Assembly (NCBI RefSeq): GCF_018977255.1 | Contig: NW_024704764.1 | Location: 868,001-932,000 of the forward strand | DNA length: 64,000 bases | Direction: 5' to 3' | From: Callorhinchus milii | Lineage: Eukaryota | Shown: positions 38,141-51,749 of the stretch, in pieces | How positions within the stretch are numbered: position 1 is the first letter of the stretch | Layout of the letters: each line of letters begins with the position of its first letter | The notes under the pieces: generated by a model | What the model was told of the DNA's origin: nothing | Database searches by the model: none | The model's input: only the letters and a program-made list of their open reading frames with translations | Program-made: the position numbers and the translations under genes

Positions 38141-40389
38141 TTATAATTTATTATACTCTTTATATCTACAAAAGTGTTCTGAAATCTGAGGCTCATTTAC
38201 TTTCCATGCTCTAGGAATACAGAAAAATGCAAATATCTAGGATTTCTACTGAAATATCAAGAGGTTGAGGTTAAACTTAGCTAAACCTACATACTCAGCA
38301 TCTGGCTAGTTTATCAGCAGGTCTTTTGATGTAGAGTTGGGTTGGATGATACTCTTCAAATAGAATGTGCAGAGTGGCTACAGAGAGAGATCGAAATCTG
38401 GGTCACAAAACCTCTCTTAGGTGGAAAGGAAAAGTGACCTTTGGAGGGATATTAAATAACATGGAATGTTAAATAATGTTCAAAAAGCTTCAGAATCCTG
38501 ACTTATACCTGCAGTTTTACTGTCAAATTTATGTTGTTGCCATGATCTGGGATTCAATCTGAGATCTGTGCATTATATGCCCAGCTCACATCACTCACTG
38601 CAGCAGCTCACATCAAATGAGGGAATCATCATCGTTTTGCCAATAGATTTAAACGTGTAGGTTCAGGATGCTGAACTTTTGAACACTGAGGTTTAGTAGA
38701 AGCTGTCAACTGTTAGAATGTAAAATGGTCGCCATTAGCTCGTGGATTTACTTGCATTTATTTGACCCACATTAACATCCTTCTCATAAGCTTTTAGACC
38801 GTAGTTCAGTTTAAAGAGATCTCAACTGAAACGGTATTTAAGAAGATAGGAATCAATCTAAGCACAGCTCCAAGCAGAACGTGTACCCGACTTAACCAAA
38901 ATAAAATCTGCATTCATCAAACAAGCACACAAAATTAAAGGATTTTTACTCAAATTCTTTTTAATTCAAGTGAAACTAACTAAATAAATGACAATAGTAC
39001 TGATGTACTCATACTTCAAACACAATGCCCGCTGTTGCTATTTCAAAGAAACTTGAAGTCTCCCTTGGTTATTCTGGTTTATATTTCCTCTTAATAAAAA
39101 TTTACCCTCCACAAATATTCAAATTAATTAGCTACTCATGTCATTTATCGGATGTTACTGTTGCATATTAGCTACCTCATTTACCTATATTGTGGTTGTC
39201 AACTGTTAGAATGTAAAATAGGGAAAATATTTTCCCAGAAGCATGAAACAGAATAACCTTTGACTCATAACTGCCCAGCACATAGGTGACACAGAGTGGC
39301 CTGGCAAAGGGCAGGTCACCCACAAGCCTGTGACCAGCAGGTCTGGTGATGCAGGAGGCACCTAGAATAGACTGCAAGAAAAGATGATTTCCCTTTTCTC
39401 AGAAAATGACTTTATCTAAAAGTACAGTTGGTTAAAGTATAGTGGAAGTAGACAAGATTCCTGTTCTGGACACAAGCTTTGCTAAGAGTAACAGTTGTGC
39501 CAGTGTCACTAAGCCATCTAATATTTACATAACAAATACTGTTAACATTGCTCCTATATTTTGATCCTGCATTGGTGTATTGTAGACAAGCTGCGCTATG
39601 TTATCCATACAATGCCACCCTTGGCTAACCTGCAATTTATCAGAGCAGCTCCAGACACATTAAGTTGATCTGAAGAATGTCTCTGCTGTCAAGCTAATAG
39701 CACAGGCTCTAAACAGGGTTTAGTGGTGCCATCATGTCCCTTTGACAGTGCAGGAAAAATAACAGCCTCTCTGGTTGTAACTACAGCGAGTCTCCACATC
39801 ACCAATAATTTATTGGCTATTTGCTACCGAACCTTTTGCTGTGACTGGTATTTCACATCCACATTAAACACAGGAAAATAGATATCTTGGAGTCTGTTAC
39901 ATGGTGGAGTACTAAGTAGATGTGTTACTACCTTGTAACACACTCCTCGGGGTTCAGATGAGGTCATTACCACACAAGGATAGCTCAAACAGTTTGTCAA
40001 TGTCTCTAAAGCCCTCAGTGCCCTAAACACAATCCTGTGTATTTTGTTCCTCATCATACATAAACTTGCATATTTTTGTTTTGAAAAATAATTAAAAGGC
40101 ATTGCAAAGCCAGTAGCCAGTGATAAACAGACACCAACCTGATCTCTGACCTATATTCCAGTTCCACTGTAATTTTAAAAAACTAAAGTCAATATCTTTT
40201 ACAGTCTCTGGTACCAGCTTTAGTGAAGACAGAACTACAGAGTTCCAGTTGGTCTGAATGTCTAAACTCATGTCTTCAAGTTCCACTATTTCTTTTGTAC
40301 TGATTGCCATACACAAATTACTTCAATGTTTTCAAATCATTCCTCAGACTTGTTAATCTTCTCAATAGTTGTGATTCATGAAGATTTAT

Positions 40390-40610
40390 TGATTGGCGGA
40401 TCACTTTTCTGGGGATAATAATCCCTCAAAAAAATTTGGTCATTCAATCCACGACTGTTTGTGGGATATTGCTGTGCACAACTGGCTGCCACGTTCCACC
40501 CACAAATATCTAGTCAATTCACTTCACAAGTATATTCTGTGAAGCACTTTGGGACATCTAGAAGACGTTATAAGGCGCGATATCAAATGCAAGAATCATT
40601 ATTATTATTT
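40390..40610 (+). mobile_element. 5'-truncated young SINE
   Basis: Matches the 3' half of the 61523 SINE. Confidence 0.85.
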
Positions 40611-41158
40611 AACTTTTACGTAAATGTATGTGTGCGCGTGTGTGATGGGGGGCGGGGGGTGGGGATGGAGGGGAGGTTGCCTGATCATTAAGAACTCACT
40701 CTGATTACCTTGGATGTCTAGTGTTAAAAACTGGAGCGATGATTCCAAGTAAGTCCATAACTTACTCATAAGACCTTCAAATGAGAGGACAATAGAAAGG
40801 TGAGGGGTGGGAATAAAAAAGAATGGGTGAAGACCCATGTGGTGTATAAACACCAGCACCCACTGGTTAGGCCAAGTGGCCTGTTTCCATGCTGTATTTT
40901 CTTTGTAATCTTTGTAATTATAATCTTTTTTATTGTAGTTATAAGATCTATATGCTTTTAGTCACTTTTCTCAATAAGGTTAACTGGATTGAGTCTACGT
41001 TAGGGCAACAATTAGGCCTATTGAAATAATGAGTTCAGAGATGCATCAGCCTTTTCTGGCTCCATACTTCAGCAATGACATCAAATATTTATCCCCTCAT
41101 GTTTTGGGGACATTCTTTTCCTCCCTTCAATAACAATTGAATTATTGCAAAATTCTAC

Positions 41159-41420
41159 AATAATAATCTTGCATTTGATATAGCGCCTGGTCACATCATC
41201 AAAACATCTCAAAGCGCTTGACAGGAATTAGAATAGTAATTCAAGTGTAGTGTCTGTGTATTTGTAGGAGAATGCGGCAGCCAAAGTGCACTCAGTATCC
41301 CTCATGAAGCAAATGATCAATTTTATCTGGGGGATTGCTGGTCAGAAACTCCCTTCGGTTTTCAAATAGTGCCATGGGATATTGAAAGTCCACCTGAAGA
41401 GGCAGACAGTTTAATATCTC
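41159..41420 (-). mobile_element. SINE 3' part (Deu core plus tail)
   Basis: taataatcttgcatttgatatagcgcc...aatagtgccatgggatattgaaagtccacctg. Confidence 0.75.
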
Positions 41421-41944
41421 ATTGATATCAAGGTTCTGTCCACCTTACATGCAAATAAATCAAGCAGCAAAACTATAGTCAACCAACCCATTTAGATGCC
41501 TCTGGCATGGTCAGTTGCAAGGTGCACAACAATTTATGTGGACTTACCTCCCACTTCTATCTTTATGTATCTACCTGGTATTTTTCCCCTCAGAAAGTAG
41601 AATTATATTTGTGATATCAGGGGGACAGGTGGACAGGCAAAGTGCTTTTGGAAAAGTTCCACAGGAAAGAAGCGTCGCCTTGGGTTTTAAGGAAGTGAAT
41701 GGAATGGGACAAGAGCGGTAAAACAGGTTCAGAAGAGTGGAGAGTATGGGCTGGAAAGTGAACCAGCGAATGAATAGGTCATCACAATAAACCCAGTTTG
41801 CTGGTATACGGGGGAAAAGGTCTTGTGAGGGACTATGGGAGAGGTCATTCTTCCCTATAGATTTAAGATGAAGAGGTAAGGTAGCACAGACTCTTCCCCA
41901 TCCTACTATGCAATAAATTCTACCATAAGTGTTAGTTGTCCCTG

Positions 41945-42055
41945 TTCTGATGCAGGGTCACAAACGTGAAACACTATCTTAGATCTTCCTCGGATACTGA
42001 TTAACGTATTGTGAATTTCCATCCTTTTCTAGTTTTAATTCAGATTTCCAGCATT
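41945..42055 (+). mobile_element. Decayed Penelope-type terminal repeat with hammerhead-like core
   Basis: ttctgatgcagggtcacaaacgtgaaac...ttttaattcagatttccagcat resembles a recalled shark Penelope-derived repeat. Confidence 0.5.
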
Positions 42056-42131
42056 CTCTCCTCCAACTCCAACTGCGAGGGGATGCTGGATTTCCTCAAG
42101 ACCAAAATCGAGGGGATCTGTTCAGCCGCTC
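42056..42131 (+). mobile_element. L2 ORF2 fragment 5' of the CR1 insertion
   Basis: Encodes SSNSNCEGMLDFLKTKIEGICSA, like the L2 pre-RT C..F..FF..KI..I motif. Confidence 0.6.
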
Positions 42132-43546
42132 AGAAGGGTGGGAGAGAAAAAATAGGAAACTATAGACCAATTTGTGTGATATCGGTGGTAGGGAAAATTC
42201 TGGAGTCTATAATTAGGGACGTCGTTGTGGGGCACTTAGAAAGTCATAATATTATTAGGCAGAGTCAACACGGTTTTATGAAAGGGAAATCGTGATTAAC
42301 AATTTTTTTTTGAGTTTTTTGAAGATGTAACTCGAGGTTAGATAGGAGGGAACCAGTGGATATAGTGTACTTAGATTTTCAGAAGGCATTCGACAAGGTG
42401 CCACATAAAAGGTTGTTACATAAGATTAGGACGCATGGAATTAAGGGTAATATATATGCATGGATCGAAGAATGGTTAACAGGCAGAAAACAGAGAGTAG
42501 GGATAAACAGGTCCTTCTCAGATTGGCAGGTTGTGACTAGTGGAGTGCTGCAAAGATCAGTGCTTGGGCCTCAACTGTTTACAGTCGACATCAATGACTT
42601 AGATGAGGAAATAGAGCTTAATGTATCTAAATTCGCAGACGATACAAAGCTCGGTGGGAAAGTAAGCCGTGAGGAGGATGCAAAGGGATATAGATAGGTT
42701 AAGTGAGTGGGCAAGAAGTTGGCAGATGGAGTATAATGTGGGGAAGTGTGAAGTTATTCACCTAGGTAAAAAAAATAGAAAAGCAGATTATTTTCTAGAG
42801 GGGGAGAGACTAGATAGTGATAGTATTCAGAGGGATTTAGGTGTCCTTGTACACCAATCACAGAAAGTTAGTATGCAGGTACAGCAAGCAATTAGGAAGG
42901 CTAATAGCATGTTAGCTTTTATTGCAAAGGGGTTAGAGTACAAGAGTAGGGAAGACTTACTGCAATTGTATAGGGCCTTGGTGAGACCTCACCTGAAATA
43001 TTGTGTGCAGTTTTGGTCTCCTTATCTAAGAAAGGATATGCTCACCTTAGACGGGTACAACATAGGTTCACTATGTTGGTTCCTGGAATGAGGGGGTTGA
43101 CCTACGAGGAGAGGTTGAGTAAACTAGGCTTATATTCTCTAGGATATAGAAGAATTAGAGGTGATCTTATAGAAACCTATAAGATTCTTAAGGGTCTTGA
43201 CGGGGTGGATAGTGTGAGACTGTTTCCCCTGGTTGGAGAATGTAAAACTAGGGGTCATAGTCTCAGGATTAAGGGTCAGCCTTTTAGAACTGAGTTGAGA
43301 AAACATTTCTTCACTCAGAGGGTAGTGGATTTATGGAATTCTCTACCCGAGGCTGCGGACGCTCAGTCCTTGAACATATTCAAGACTGAGATCGATAGAT
43401 TTTTAAAAACTAAAGGGATTAAGGGATGTGGGATAGGGCGGGTAAATGGAATTAGGCTAGAAGATCAGCCATGATCTTATTAAATGGTGGGGCAGGCCCA
43501 AGGGGCCGAACGGCCTACTCCTGCTCCTATTTCTTATGTTCTTATG
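42132..43546 (+). mobile_element. 5'-truncated CR1 LINE; RT domain with stops and frameshifts
   Basis: GNYRPI, SQHGFMKGKS, YLDFQKAFDKVPH, KFADDTK, LYRALVRPHLKYCVQFWSP, FFTQRVVDLWNSLP; tail (ttcttatg)2. Confidence 0.96.
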
Positions 43547-44812
43547 TCAACTGGCACCGTTCCCATCCACTAAAAACAGCTGTCATCCTAAAAAAACCTC
43601 CCTGGAATCATCCCTGCTCACAAACTACCTCCCCATCTCCAACCTTTCCTTCCTTTCCAAGGTCCCTGGAAGAGTGGTTGCTTCCCAGCTTCGCTCCTTC
43701 CTCTCCTGTCACTCCCTTTAGGAATCCCTCGAGTCGGGTTTCTGTGCTGCCCACAGCCCCGTAACAGCCCTGGCCAAGGTGACAAACGACACTCTGTCCA
43801 TCTCTGACCAGGGCTCCCTCTGTCTCCTCATCCTCCTCGACCTCTCTGCTGCCTTCAACACTGTGGACCACTCTATCCTCCTCCACCGCCTCTCCTCTCA
43901 CTTCAACCTTCAAGGTTCTGTCCTTGAATGGTTCACATCCTATGTCTCACACTGGCTCCACTTTGTCTCCACAAACGATTCGCCTCCAGCCCAAGATGCG
44001 GTTCTGCTGATTGGCTCACGCAGCGCCTCCGCACCTCAGGCACTGGCAGCATCAGCATCCACGGATGCACACTCCACCTCACCACGTCAGGGACCCAAGT
44101 GTCTTGTTCGACCCTCAACTGTCCTTGCTTCCCCCACATCCATGCCATGATCCTCTCTGCCTACCCCCACCTCTGCAATATTGCCCGACTTCACCACTGC
44201 CTCACCCCACAGGTCGCTGAAACCCTTGCACATGCCTTCATTACACCTAGGCTCAACTATGCAACTCCCTGATTGTCGGCCTTCCCAGCTTTGTCCTCCA
44301 CAATCTGCAGATCATCCAGAACTCTGCAGCTCATGTCCTCTCCCGCACCAGGCTGCATGACCCCATCAGCCCCACCCTCGGCCGGCTCCACTGGCTCCCC
44401 ATCCCTCAGAGGATCGTGTTCAAAATCCTCGTCCTCACCTTCAAGGTGCTCCACGGCCTTGCCCCCTCCTACCTCTCCGACTTGCTAACCCCTTACCAAC
44501 CTGTCCACTCCCTCCACTCAGCAAGCTCTGGCATCCTCTATGGCCCCCGACCTGCCCCACCATCAGCGGTCGGGCCTTCAGCCTCTCTGCCCTCACCCTC
44601 TGTAATTCCATCCCACATTCCCTGCACCTCACTCCCTCCCTTGCCTCCTTCAAGGCACGCCTCAAAATCCTCCTCCTCCCGTGCCTTTGGCCACCCTCCT
44701 ACCCTCTGCCCTCCACCTTCCCTGATTCCCAACCTCCCACTCGGGTCCTAATGACCCTGACTGTTCAGCACCTTGGGACATCCTCCCAAAGCGAAAGGAG
44801 ATTTGTAATTTT
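43547..44812 (+). mobile_element. L2 LINE ORF2/3' end, degraded, with internal deletions
   Basis: [72 protein letters not shown]. Confidence 0.93.
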
Positions 44813-46536
44813 GTATAGTATTCATACCATTTGCTGGAGCTGAAGATGCTACAATTAGATTTTGATGGAACTACACCCAGTTGAACAAAAAAAAATCAAT
44901 AAAGGAATAAATTTAAGTTAGAAAATTTGAAAAGAATAGCAAGGACCTTTTTTTATAATTTTAAAACTCATGAATTGTTTCATACCTTCCCTGACCTCTT
45001 TTTTAAAAAAAAATCCAAGTCGAATTGTCAGAAATGAATTGGAACAGTGCTATCTTGAGAAATAGTACTGCCAGCCTGACAGAAACAATGAAGTCTTACT
45101 GTACAATATATCCAAACATCAAATCCCTTCATTGAGAAATAATGTGTCACTGCTTCGTAGCAGCAATTTGGCTCGATTAAGATTTCTGATGGAAATTTCT
45201 AATTATTACATTAGCAAACACATCTGCTTTCCTCCCATATCAACCAATTAAATTTTAAAAGTGCAATCAGCTAACTATTGAATCAAATCTATCTGCCATT
45301 GAAGATCATCGTTCAGAGCAAGTTTACCCTCTAATGGCATTTAAGCCTCTCTATTAATGCTGATGAGAGAATCATTCTGCAAGTCACCTTTTACTCCTTT
45401 TCTATAGAACGGAAGCCTTCCGATAGAAAGATGACAGATCTCATCCTTCATTTATCGAAACCTCTTGACCAGATGGGAATAGGTGTGCAGGCAAGGTTGT
45501 GACAGAAAGTCATGTGCTGGGAAGCAGCATCGATCCTGGCTATTAATCATGCCACGAGCCTTCCTAGTAATCAAAGGGCACAGCTGGAATGATATATGGC
45601 CAATGTCACCAAGGAAGGCCCTTAACAAGAGTGTATACTTCCCATCTGATGGTCAGTATGTACCTAAGCACATATTACAGCCGCCAATGAATGACCAGCC
45701 TAATCAATCATTATCATCTTAATGGGTAACCCTATTAGTAAGCACTTTTTTGGGAGGCTTAACTTCTTCAAAAAACGAAATACATCTGTGATTTTCAAAA
45801 ATAAGATAAAAATAATTCCATGGTTTAAAGTACAATGCACAAAAATGTACACAGAAATATTTATATGCATTTATATGCATGATCTGCACTCATACACCCG
45901 TTTCCTCATTTATTTTTAATCACTAATCTCTTTGCATTGGTCTGTCCGTCAGACTCTTCCTGATGATAATGATAACCTGCGGATGAACTCTCCAGTGCTG
46001 GGTTTTCAATAGCTTGTTCCGACATCTATTCATGTCATGTCATCAGCAAAATAGGATTAATAATTCTGAGACTCGGCTTGGCTCAATAATGCCAATATGC
46101 TTTGACAAACAGCAACATGCCTGCCTCTCTCTCCTGGGACAGAATATGTGTAACAGGACTGTATTTAATATCACCCAGGGATTCAAGTAGTCCCAGTTAT
46201 CAATCCTTGAGTTTAATAATGTGCTAAGGAACAGAAAGAATACAGGCAGTTAGAAAAAGCAGTAAGCACAATTGCTTGAAGTAGAAAGATGCCTATGCTC
46301 CATATCAAGGTGCAGTTCAACTATTACACTCACAGAAGATAGAGTATACACAACATTTACATATCTATGACCAGCATCCCCATGTCTCAGTAAGTTGCCG
46401 GGCTGTACAGATTTTTGAAGGTTTACAGGAGAAAAAAAGAGTCCTGCTTTTGACCGTTATCCAGCAACCTCAAACAAACCCTTGCACCCTTTGGTCATGC
46501 AAGAAATGTTGATGTACTCCTTATGTTTAATATTCA

Positions 46537-46945
46537 TAATAACCTTGCATTTGATATGGCGTCTTATTACTTCTTCGAGACATCGCAAACTACTTTGCAG
46601 AATATACTGGGTATTTTGTGGGTGAACGAGGCAGCCGATTGCAGACAGCAGTGTAACATAAATACCCATGGAGTGAGTGAGCAATTTTATTTGGGGTATT
46701 GTTGATCAAGACACCGGGAGAAACTCCCTTTTCTGTTCGAATAGTGCCATGGGATCTTTAACATCCACCCAAAAAGGCAGATGTGACCTGGGTTTAACGA
46801 CTCATCCGAAGGACAGCACCTTTGACAATGCAACACACCCTCAGCACTGCATTGGAGTGTTAGCTTACATTATGTGATTCCAAGTACCGACTTGGGGCTT
46901 GAACCCACAACCTTCTGACTCAGAGGCGAGAGTGCTACGAGTACA
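46537..46945 (-). mobile_element. Near full-length tRNA-headed Deu-domain SINE (SacSINE1-like)
   Basis: Minus strand gtagcactctcgcctctgagtcagaaggttgtgggttcaagcccc head, gtgctgtccttcggatgag and ggatgttaaagatcccatggcactattcgaa core, L2-type tail. Confidence 0.85.
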
Positions 46946-47664
46946 CCAGGCTTCATTCTGAAACATTGGTTTGATAGTTCTGATATATCACTTTGGTTGC
47001 TTAATAATACAGGGCTATATCTTCTTAAGGAGAACCTTTTCTGTTCTTGTGCCAACAGTGTAAATATATTAGTCCAATTTGTCAGAAAGGTTGTAAATTC
47101 ATCCCCTCCTTACCCTCATTATTATTTTCCTAGCAGTGAGTTCCTTCAGTACATGCTATAAATTAACATTTCAACAGTGCAGCACTAAACATAGCTCTGG
47201 GAATGATGCAATGATTTATGAAAAAATGACCCTTGAGGAGTTAATATTTTTACATCTAAAAGACATTTTGTATTAAATTATGGTTATTGTAAATTGGTGC
47301 TGAAGTCAATCATAAATATGACTATGGGTGAAAGCACAAAGAAACTGCAGTATTATTCCACTTCCACTTAACCATCTTAGGCTGAATTTCCACATTCATC
47401 AAACAGTCAGAGCTTTCAACAATGACTATTCTTTCATCAAAATAGGAAATTCTAAGAAAGTTGGAAAGCTCATTGCCATCAGCCTGCTCTTGCCTTGAAA
47501 CAAACAGGAAAAGATGAACAGTTTGAAGTTGTGAAATGTTCAAAGTCCACATGCTGCGCATTATTAACCTCTCCCTCATGGACAAGCCACAAAGGCAAAT
47601 CTTTCCCTGGCCTTTTGCAAATATTGATATAACTAACAAGAGAAAAAGTTACTAAAACAACTAT

Positions 47665-48056
47665 CAGCCTGGACCAGTGGTAACATTCTCTCCTTTGAGT
47701 GAGAGGTTGTGGATTCCAGCCCCACATAGGGTCTTTGAGCTCAGGTAGGCTGAGTGCCTTATCGGAGTTACCGATAAGGTAACATTTGGATGGTATATTA
47801 AACCAAGGTCCTGTCTGCCTGTTGAGATGGATGTTAAAGATCCCATTGCACTACATCAAGAGTTTCTCTTGATGTCCTGGCCAACAATCCCCCAGATAAA
47901 ATTAGTCATTCACTTCATTGTTTTATGGGACATTGTTGTGCGCAAATTTGCCAAAGTATTCGCCTGCAAAATACAGTACAAGCATTGCAATTCTTTGAGA
48001 TCTCCTGATGTGAAAGGTGCTATATCAAATACAACAATTATTATTAATAATAATAT
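47665..48056 (+). mobile_element. Deu-domain SINE, opposite orientation to the 46537 copy
   Basis: ttaaaccaaggtcctgtctgcc...ggatgttaaagatcccattgcacta...gtgaaaggtgctatatcaaat. Confidence 0.8.
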
Positions 48057-48612
48057 TAACGTGTGAGGCAACAATTGGGACTGAAGCCCCTATCTTGTAA
48101 TACAAAAGGAATGCCTGGAATCAAAGAAATTTGAAATAGTTAGAGAATAATAGATCTCTAGGAATCAGTTTTAGTTACAGGCTTGAATCTAAGTTTGTAT
48201 GATACAATTTTATTTAATAATAATCCTTGCATTTGATTTAGCACCTCTCTTGTCTCCCTCCCATCTCAGTCTACCATTCAGTCTTTGCAAAGCGCTTTGA
48301 GATATTCTGCCTATGTGTAACGTGATACGTAAGAGTAAATTGTTGTTTGTATATTGGTCCCTGTGAGAGAGAAAAATGGCCTTTGGTGAGGATAGATTCC
48401 CCCCAACTTTAAGGTCAGGTATAGAGTGACTCCAGACAAAATGCTCAGCTGTGATTTCCTGCATGCTGCACACTTGCATAGGAAGCTGACTTAGTGGAAA
48501 ACAGAAGTGTACCACACTTCCAATAACCTAGATCCACAGGAGACCCATGTTATAAATAAACTTGTCATCTAGAAAGGCACCTTTTAATGGGAATGTCTTG
48601 TATTTTGATTTC

Positions 48613-48979
48613 GCTGACCTGCTGACTCCCTACCAATCTGCCCGCTCCCTCCGTTCAGCGGGCTCCGGCCTGCTCCATGCTTCCTGCCCGACCCGCCCCA
48701 CCATCGGTGGCCGGGCTTTCAGCCTCTCTGCCTCCACACTCTGGAACTCCATCCCACAGTCCCTTCGCCTCACTTCCTCCCTCGCCTCCTTCAAGGCTGG
48801 TCTCAAGACTCTCCTCTTCGATCGTGCCTTCAGTCGCCCGCCCAACTCTCTGCCTCCCCTCGCCCCTCACCCCACCCCTCCCCCATGCTCGGGTCCTGAC
48901 CCCTGACTCTCCAGCGACTTGGACGTCTTCCCGACGTGAAAGGCGCTCTATAAATGTCATTTTGTTGTTGTTGTTGTTG
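48613..48979 (+). mobile_element. Young L2 3' fragment
   Basis: ADLLTPYQSARSLRSAGSGLL...GGRAFSLSASTLWNSIP...FKAGLKTLLF; CpGs retained; (ttg)n tail. Confidence 0.93.
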
Positions 48980-51214
48980 CAGTACGTAGTAACTCTTGAG
49001 TGTGTGTGCAAGCTTAAAAGTGTGTTCAGTGAGCTTGCATCGAGGTGCACTTGTGATCCTAGATCAGAAGAGAAGTTCTGGGAGAACCACTGCTGTAAAC
49101 AAAGCAGCTACACACAAATCAAGTGAGATGGGAATCTCACTACCAGTGAGCATTCAATATGCAAATACCAAGCCAATGTATTGCATCTGCAATCCTTCGC
49201 ACTGAGCTGCTGTGAGAAAACGCCCAGCAGAGACCAAGTACTGGAGAGCAGAAGAAACACATTACAGAATGCAATGTCTCAAAGTCACTCTTGTGCTCCT
49301 CATCTCCTAACAGCAGACTCGGGGAGCAGGTAATTTGCCCTCTTCACTAGTGTGAATCTCTAAGTAAACTGTTTTTTGAAACAAAAATATTTTAAACAAA
49401 TTAAATTAAAGCCCACAAAGGGTTACTTTTGCAGCAGCCAGAACTCCTTTCTTTGATAATTTTACAGTTGACCCTGATGTTCACAATTCATTGGTACACG
49501 ATGAGCAGGAACACACATAGAATGAGAACATTAGCTGATTTTAATTGGAAAGGAGCTGTACTATCTCTTCCAATGCATTTCCTCACATCTGATCACCAGG
49601 TTGGGGCTTTAAGGTCATAGTCTAGGGAAGCTGACACTCCAATGTAATGTTGCATTGTCAGAGATGCCATCCTTTGGATGAGGTATGAAACCTATCCAGA
49701 TGTTAAAGGTCCCATATCATTACTTACATTACCTTATGCTTTATATCAAAAACATCCAAATATTGACAGGAAACACTCACTGGTTTCCTGGGTAGTTCTT
49801 CCTCCTGTATAAAAAGCAAATTTTAAAAAGCACAGGAAATTCTTGAGAGTGATTTTAATTCTGGCAATATACTAACAACTTATGAGAAGGCTTGAATTAG
49901 ACCAAGAGGATGTTACCTAAATATAGCTTTGTGGGAGTTGCAAAGGGATAGCAAATTTAGGTCACTAAATGTCAAATACATTTTTAGTGTTTTCGAAGAC
50001 ACACCATCCTTTCCTTTAGATGACAATGTTCAACAATGCTATGAACATGTGATGGGGAACCACAGCAGCACAGAGTAATATAATAAGGTTCACATCCGTT
50101 ATTCTTCACAAAGTGGCATATTGATGCCAGCCACTTCATAGCGGTTAACCTTTTCCATGTGGGGAGAGAAGGAAGGCAAAATCCAATCGTTTTCATTGCC
50201 TATTCATTAAATTGGTACCCAACTGAAGCACATCAATGGCAGACATTTGGCAGTGGATGGATATCTGTTCATCCTTTCTGCATGGGATAACCAAAGTAAG
50301 AGGAAACACATCTACAAGAATTGAGCTGAAGAAAACTGTGAGTGCTGTACAAAAGAAAAGATAAAAGAACAACATGGACTGAAAATAACAGCTTCCAGCA
50401 TACACTGATATTCACCAGCAGTTAACCAATTAAATATACAATCCCCTTTACCTTCAATAAAAGGTTCTCAGTTACATTATTATCTAATTCCAGAAAACCA
50501 CTGGCCCACAGCGACGACTGTTTTCATTTTGCAATGTTCACCACCTCATGGCTTAGTCACTGTGGTGTGTAATTTGTTAGAAACGGCTAGAATATCTGGC
50601 CCCTGAAGACAAACACTAAAATTAAAGTAGGTGTAGAATTTCTGCAATCCTCCACTTTCCATTTTAGGGTGTAATTGTAACAAAATTAGAGATATGCAGG
50701 AATCAGAGATTTATGTATGTGTATTGCTCAACAAACTAAAAGTGCTGCTATCCTTGTTTTTTTCTAATATTGAATTTCTGAAACAAATTTCTGAAACGAG
50801 TTACAAGATAAATACAGAGGACTGCAGAGACCTCTATTAAAGGAAACTTTTGTCATGTATAAAATCCCTTCAGATCCCAAGTCTTCCCTGTCTCTATAGT
50901 CTCTTCCTACTCCACTCCTCTGCTTGCCCCTCTGCTTCGCTAACTTGGGCTTGCACGTGCCTCACACTGCCGACTATTGGGTGCTGAGCTATCAGAATCC
51001 ATGCCCGTATTTCTAGAATTCCCCATCTCTACCCTTCCATCTCGCCCTTCTATTTCTCTTCAAACACATAAAACCTATGTCTTACGCCTTAATATCTACC
51101 TATTTGATCGTGCCTCGGTCGGACCCAATGACTGTAAAAAAACTCTTAGTATACATTAAGAGTATTATATAGATGCAAGTTGTTATTCTGTTAGGCAGTT
51201 ATGCCCAGGTGGGT

Positions 51215-51727
51215 AATGGTGGGCAACTATTTTCCCATGCTGTTTGCAGAGCGACTGAAGTTTCCAGGTACCAAGTGTAATGCCAAACAATAATTTTGCC
51301 TTGCAAAACTATACCGCCAAGCATCATTTTCTGCTGACTTGTGTTGTCCACCAAGAAGCGCATACAGAGTTCCTGGTACCTGCCATCCACCTGGTGAGGG
51401 CTCAAACTCATGCTTATCAGATGTCAAATGACTATCCTCCTTGGGGTAAGGTAAGCAGCGTCAACTTGGGGCTGAACTGGCTTCAAGGTGATATGTTTAG
51501 CAATGAAATGTCAGAGCTGAGCCAAACCTCTGTGATGTCTTGGTAGTCCAGTTCCTGAGCCAGGCGGATCTGCAGTATTTCAGGGCACTGCTGATGACAG
51601 CACAGCCACCTTGGCTCATCAGCAGAACTTGGAAGGGCAGACTGGCGGCAGAGATTCTTCTCATTCAGCTCCTATGAACCCTGCAACCCAAAGCCCTAAC
51701 GGGGAGGGTGGCCCTAGCTGGACAAGA
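51215..51727 (+). repeat. Unclassified interspersed repeat, copy 2 of 4
   Basis: cctggtacctgccatcca shared with copy 3; gttcctgagccaggcggatctgcagtatt shared with copy 1. Confidence 0.8.
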
Positions 51728-51749
51728 TTACAATGTTGCAATCCCTTAT

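Noticed and set aside
42356-43474. Reverse-transcriptase ORFs as an active or domesticated RT gene
   Set aside because: 5'-truncated CR1 broken by stops and frameshifts, with no endonuclease domain.
51588-51625. CTGATGA as a hammerhead core
   Set aside because: No downstream GAAA at a suitable position, and the motif is sequestered in a stem.
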